Shown: piece after piece, positions 58,293-64,000 of the stretch | Position numbering within the stretch: the first letter of the stretch is position 1 | Layout of the letters: the number at the start of each line of letters is the position of its first letter | Origin: the human T2T-CHM13v2.0 reference genome, Homo sapiens | Assembly: GCF_009914755.1 (NCBI RefSeq) | Contig: NC_060925.1 | DNA: 64,000 nt | Direction: 5' to 3' (one strand) | Notes under the pieces: generated by a model | Seen by the model: the letters and a program-made list of their open reading frames with translations, nothing else | What the model was told of the DNA's origin: nothing | Database searches by the model: none | Translations under genes and position numbers: made by a program

Positions 58293-61200
58293 CGAATGAA
58301 TTGAATGCAATCATCGAATGGTCTCGAATGGAATCATCTTCTAATGGAAAGGAATGGAATCATCGCATAGAATCGAATGGAATTATCATCGAATGGAATC
58401 GAATGGTATCAACACCAAACGGAAAAAAACGGAATTATCGAATGGAATCGAAGAGAATCTTCGAACGGACCCGAATTTAATGATCTAATGGAATGGAATG
58501 GAATAATCCATGGACTCGAATGCAATCATCATCGAATGGAATCGAATGGAATCATCGAATGGACTCGAATGAAATAATCATTGAACGGAATCGAATGGAA
58601 TCATCATCGGATGGAAACGAATGGAATCATCATCCAATGGAAATGAAAGGAGTCATCATCTAATGGAATTGCATGGAATCATCATAAAATGGAATCGAAT
58701 GGAATCACCATCAAATGGAATCAAATGGAATAATTGAACGGAATTGAATGGAATCGTCATCGAATGAATTGAATGCAATCATCGAATGGTCTAGAATTGA
58801 ATCATCTTCAAATGGAATGGAATGGAATCATCGCATAGAATCGAATGGAAGTATCATCGAATGGAATCGAATGGAATCAACATCAAACGGAAAAAAACGG
58901 AATTATCGAATGGAATCGAAGAGAATCATCGAATGGACCCGAATGGAATCATCTAATGGAATGGAATGGAATAATCCATGGACTCGAATGCAATCATCAT
59001 CGAATGGAATCGAATGGAATCATCGAATGGACTCGAATGGAATAATCATTGAACGGAATCGAATGGAATCATCATCGGATGGAAATGAATGGAATCATCA
59101 TCGAATGGAATCGAATAGAATTATGGAATGAAATCCAGTGTGATCATCATCGAATGGACCCGAATGGAATCATCATTCAACGGAAGCTAATGGAATCAAC
59201 ATCGAATGAATCGAATGGAAACACCATCGAATTGAAACGAATGGAATTATCATGAAATTGAAATGGATGGACTCATCATCGAATGGATTCGAATGGAATC
59301 ATCGAATAAAATTGATTGAAATCATCATCCAATGGAATCGAATGGTATCATTGAATGGAATCGAATGGAATCATCATCAGATGGAAATGAATGGAATCGT
59401 CATAGAATGGAATCGAATGGATTCATTGAATGGAATCAGATGGAATCATCGAATGGACTGGAATGGAATCATTGAATGGACTCGAAAGGGATCATGATTG
59501 AATGGAATTGAATGGAATCATCGAATGGTCTCGATTGGAATCATTAACAAATGGAATCGAATGGAATCACCGAATAGAATCGAATGGAACAATCATCGAA
59601 TGGACTCAAATGGAATTATCCTCCAATGGAATCGAATGGAATTATCGAATGCAATCGAATGGAATTATCGAATGCAATCGAATAGAATCATCGAATGGAC
59701 TCGAATGGAATCATCGAATGGAATGGAATGGAACAGTCAAGGAACTCGAATGGAATCATCATTGAATGGAATCGAATGGAATCATCGAGTGGAATCGAAT
59801 GGAAATATGATCAAATGGAATCGAATATAATCATCATCAAATGGAATCAAAAATAACCATCATTAATTGGTATTGAATGGAATTCTCATCAAATGGAATT
59901 CAAAGGAATCATCATCAAATGGAACTGAATGGAATCCTCATTGAATGGAAATGAAAGGGGTCATCATCTAATGGAATCGCATGGAATCATCATCAAATGG
60001 AATCGAATGGAATCATCATCAAATGGAATCTGATGGAATCATTGAACAGAATTGAATGGAATCGTCATCGAATGAATTGAATGCAATCATCGAATGGTCT
60101 CGAATGTAATCACATTCTAATGGAAAGGAATGGAATCATCGCATAGAATCGAATGGAATTAACATTGAATGGACTCGAATGGAATCAACATCAAACGGAA
60201 TCAAGCGGAATTATCGAATGGAATCGAAGAGAATCATCGAATGGTCTCGAATGGAATCATCTTCTAATGGAAAGGAATGGAATCATCGCATAGAATCGAA
60301 TGGAATTAACATTGAATGGACTCGAATGGAATCAACATCAAATGGAATCAAGCGGAATTATCGAATGAAATCGAAGAGAATCATCGAATGGACTCGAATG
60401 GAATCATCTAATGGAATGGAATGGAATAATCCACGGACTCGAATGCAATCATCATTGTATAGAATCGAATGGAATCATCGAATGGACTCGAATGGAATAA
60501 ACATTGAACGGAATAGAATGGAATCATCATCGGAAGGAAACGAATGGAATCATCATCGAATGGAAATGTAAGGAGTCATCATCTAATGGAATTGCATGGA
60601 ATCATCATAAAATGGAATCGAATGGAATCATCATCAAATGGAATCAAATGGAATCATTGAACGGAATTGAATGGAATCGTCATCGAATGAATTGAATGCA
60701 ATCATCGAATGGTCTCGAATGGAATCATCTTCAAATGGAATGGAATGGAATCATCGCATAGAATCGAATGGAATTATCATCGAATGGAATCGAATGGAAT
60801 CAACATCAAACGGAAAAAAACGGAATTATCGAATGGAATCGAAGAGAATCTTCGAACGGACCCGAAAGGAATCATCTAATGGAATGGAATGGAATAATCC
60901 ATGGACTCGAATGCAATCATCATCGAATGGAATCGAATGGAATCATTGAATGGACTCGAATGGAATAATCATTGAACGGAATCGAATGGAATCATCATCG
61001 GATGGAAATGAATGGAATCATCATCGAATGGAATCGAATAGAATTATGGAATGAAATCCAGTGTGATCATCATCGAATGGACCCGAATGGAATCATCATC
61101 CAACGGAAGCTAATGGAATCAACATCGAATGAATCGAATGGAAACACCATCGAATTGAAACGAATGGAATTATCATGAAATTGAAATGGATGGACTCATC

Positions 61201-64000
61201 ATCGAATGGATTCGAATGGAATCATCGAATAAAATTGATTGAAATCATCATCGAATGGAATCGAATGGTATCATTGAATGGAATCGAATGGAATCGTCAT
61301 CAGATGGAAATGAATGGAATCGTCATAGAATGGAATCGAATGGATTCATTGAATAGAATCAGATGGAATCATCGAATGGACTGGAATGGAATCATTGAAT
61401 GGACTCGAAAGGGATCATTATTGAATGGAATTGAATGGAATCATCGAATGGTCTCGATTGGAATCATTAACAAATGGAATCGAATGGAATCACCGAATAG
61501 AATCGAATGGAACAATCATCGAATGGACTCAAATGGAATTATCCTCAAATGGAATCGAATGGAATTATCGAATGCAATCGAATGGAATTATCGAATGCAA
61601 TCGAATAGAATCATCGAAAGGACTCGAATGGAATCATCGAATGGAATGGAATGGAACAGTCAATGAACTCGAATGGAATCATCATTGAATGGAATCGAAT
61701 GGAATCATCGAGTGGAATCGAATGGAATTATGATCAAATGGAATCGAATGTAATCATCATCAAATGGAATCAAAAATAACCATCATCAATTGGTATTGAA
61801 TGGAATTGTCATCAAATGGAATTCAAAGGAATCATCATCAAATGGAACCGAATGGAATCCTCATTGAATGGAAATGAAAGGGGTCATCATCTAATGGAAT
61901 CGCATGGAATCATCATCAAATGGAATCGAATGGAATCATCATCAAATGGAATCTAATGGAATCATTGAAAAGAATTGAATGGAATCATCATCGAATGAAT
62001 TGAATGCAATCATCGAAAGGTCTCGAATGGAATCATCTTCTAATGGAAAGGAATGGAATCATCGCATAGAATCGAATGGAATTATCATCGAATGGAATCG
62101 AATGGTATCAACACCAAACGGAAAAAAACGGAATTATCGAATGGAATCGAAGAGAATCTTCGAACGGACCCGAATTTAATGATCTAATGGAATGGAATGG
62201 AATAATCCATGGACTCGAATGCAATCATCATCGAATGGAATCGAATGGAATCATCGAATGGACTCGAATGGAATAATCATTGAACGGAATCGAATGGAAT
62301 CATCATCGGATGGAAACGAATGGAATCATCATCGAATGGAAATGAAAGGAGTCATCATCTAATGGAATTGCATGGAATCATCATAAAATGGAATCGAATG
62401 GAATCAACATCAAATGGAATCAAATGGAATCATTGAACGGAATTGAATGGAATCGTCATCGAATGAATTGAATGCAATCATCGAATGGTCTCGAATGGAA
62501 TCATCTTCACATGGAATGGAATGGAATCATCGCATAGAATCGAATGGAATTATCATCGAATGAAATCGAATGGAATCAACATCAAACGGAAAAAAACGGA
62601 ATTATCGAATGGAATCGAAGAGAATCATCGAATGGACCCGAATGGAATCATCTAATGGAATGGAATGGAATAATCCATGGACTCGAATGCAATCATCATC
62701 GAATGGAATCGAATGGAATCATCGAATGGACTCGAATGGAATAATCATTGAACGGAATCGAATGGAATCATCATTGGATGGAAATGAATGGAATCATCAT
62801 CGAATGGAATCGAATAGAATTATGGAATGAAATCCAGTGTGATCATCATCGAATGGACCCGAATGGAATCATCATCCAACGGAAGCTAATGGAATCAACA
62901 TCGAATGAATCAAATGGAAACACCATCGAATTGAAACGAATGGAATTACCATGAAATTGAAATGGATGGACTCATCATCAAATGGATTCGAGTGGAATCA
63001 TCGAATAAAATTGATTGAAATCATCATCAAATGGAATCGAATGGTATCATTGAATGGAATCGAATGGAATCATCATCAGATGGAAATGAAAGGAATCGTC
63101 ATAGAATGGAATTGAATGGATTCATTGAATGGAATCAGATGGAATCATTGAATGGACTGGAATGGAATCATTGAATGGACTCGAAAGGGATCATTATTGA
63201 ATGGAATTGAATGGAATCATCGAATGGTCTCGATTGGAATCATTATCAAATGGAATCGAATGGAATCACCAAATAGAATCGAATGGAACAATCATCGAAT
63301 GGACTCAAATGGAATTATCCTCAAATGGAATTGAATGGAATTGTCGAATGCAATCGAATGGAATTATCGAATGCAATCGAATAGAATCATCGAATGGACT
63401 CGAATGGAATCATCGAATGGAATGGAATGGAACAGTCAATGAACTCGAATGGAATCATCATTGAATGGAATCGAATGGAATCATCGAGTGGAATCGAATG
63501 GAATTATGATCAAATGGAATCGAATGTAATCATCATCAAATGGAATCAAAAATAACCATCATCAATTGGTATTGAATGGAATTCTCATCAAATGGAATTC
63601 AAAGGAATCATCATCAAATGGAACCGAAGGGTATCCTCATTGAATGGAAATGAAAGGGGTCATCATCTAATGGAATCGCATGGAATCATCATCAAATGGA
63701 ATCGAATGGAATCAACATCAAATGGAATCAAATGGAGTCATTGAACGGAATTGAATGGAATCGTCATCGAATGAATTGAATGCAATCATCGAATGGTCTC
63801 GAATGGAATCATCTTCAAATGGAATGGAATGGAATCATCACATACAATCGAATGGAATTATCATCGAATGGAATCGAATGGAATCAACATCAAACGGAAA
63901 AAAACGGAATTATCGAATGGAATCGAAGAGAATCATCGAATGGACCCGAATGGAATCATCTAATGGAATGGAATGGAATAATCCATGGACTCGAATGCAA
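58293..64000 (+). repeat. 6,783 bp higher-order repeat, copy 2 (truncated by the window end)
   Basis: Anchors 59252, 61175 and 62951 equal 52469, 54392 and 56168 plus 6783. ORF translations are nearly identical; one visible difference lies near 62775. Confidence 0.9.

Larger units (their letters stand above)
1..64000 (+). repeat. Human Satellite II (HSat2) pericentromeric array, 1.77 kb-unit family (probably chr1q12 HSat2A)
   Basis: Continuous diverged (GAATG)n with ATCATCGAATGGAATCGAATGG 23/26 bp sub-periods and abundant TCGA. The same orientation holds throughout and no unique sequence is present. Unit anchors recur at 1776 bp. The family call is secure; the chromosome call rests on the known 1.77 kb unit. 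Confidence 0.97.

Noticed and set aside
99-63464. About 200 plus-strand ORFs (MESSSNG/IEWN-rich, 60-163 aa)
   Set aside because: They are translations of the GAATG repeat, which is rich in ATG and poor in stops. They overlap in several frames, and stops and frameshifts vary freely between copies. No domain is recognisable.
1-64000. CRISPR-like or other prokaryotic repeat system
   Set aside because: There are no unique spacers, no cas or other genes, and the sequence is a known human satellite.

Overview
The whole 64 kb window is one uninterrupted, single-orientation block of human classical Satellite II (HSat2; GAATG/ATCATCGAATGGAATCGAATGG on +, CATTC on -). The base unit is 1,776 bp with one conserved EcoRI site, which matches the known 1.77 kb chromosome 1q12 satellite unit (pUC1.77-type, HSat2A). 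The chromosome assignment is inferred from unit length, not searched. I see no genes, RNA genes, transposons or CRISPR arrays, and all listed ORFs are satellite artefacts. I found no new protein-coding system. The informative signal is array architecture. About 35 units are built from an ~840 bp non-duplicated part plus 1-4 copies of a 468 bp module (A-type or B-type) or its 442 bp derivative. Unit lengths, measured between successive ATGAAATTGAAATGGATGG anchors from position 99, are: 1776, 2686, 1776, 2391, 2218x7, 1776, 1750x3, 1923, 1776, 1775, 1285, 1825, 2147, 1776, 1211, 1102, 1041, 1776x3, 1923, 1776, 1308, 1776, 1923, 1776. Most length variants can be traced to readable junctions. The window ends in a recent 6,783 bp four-unit higher-order duplication.
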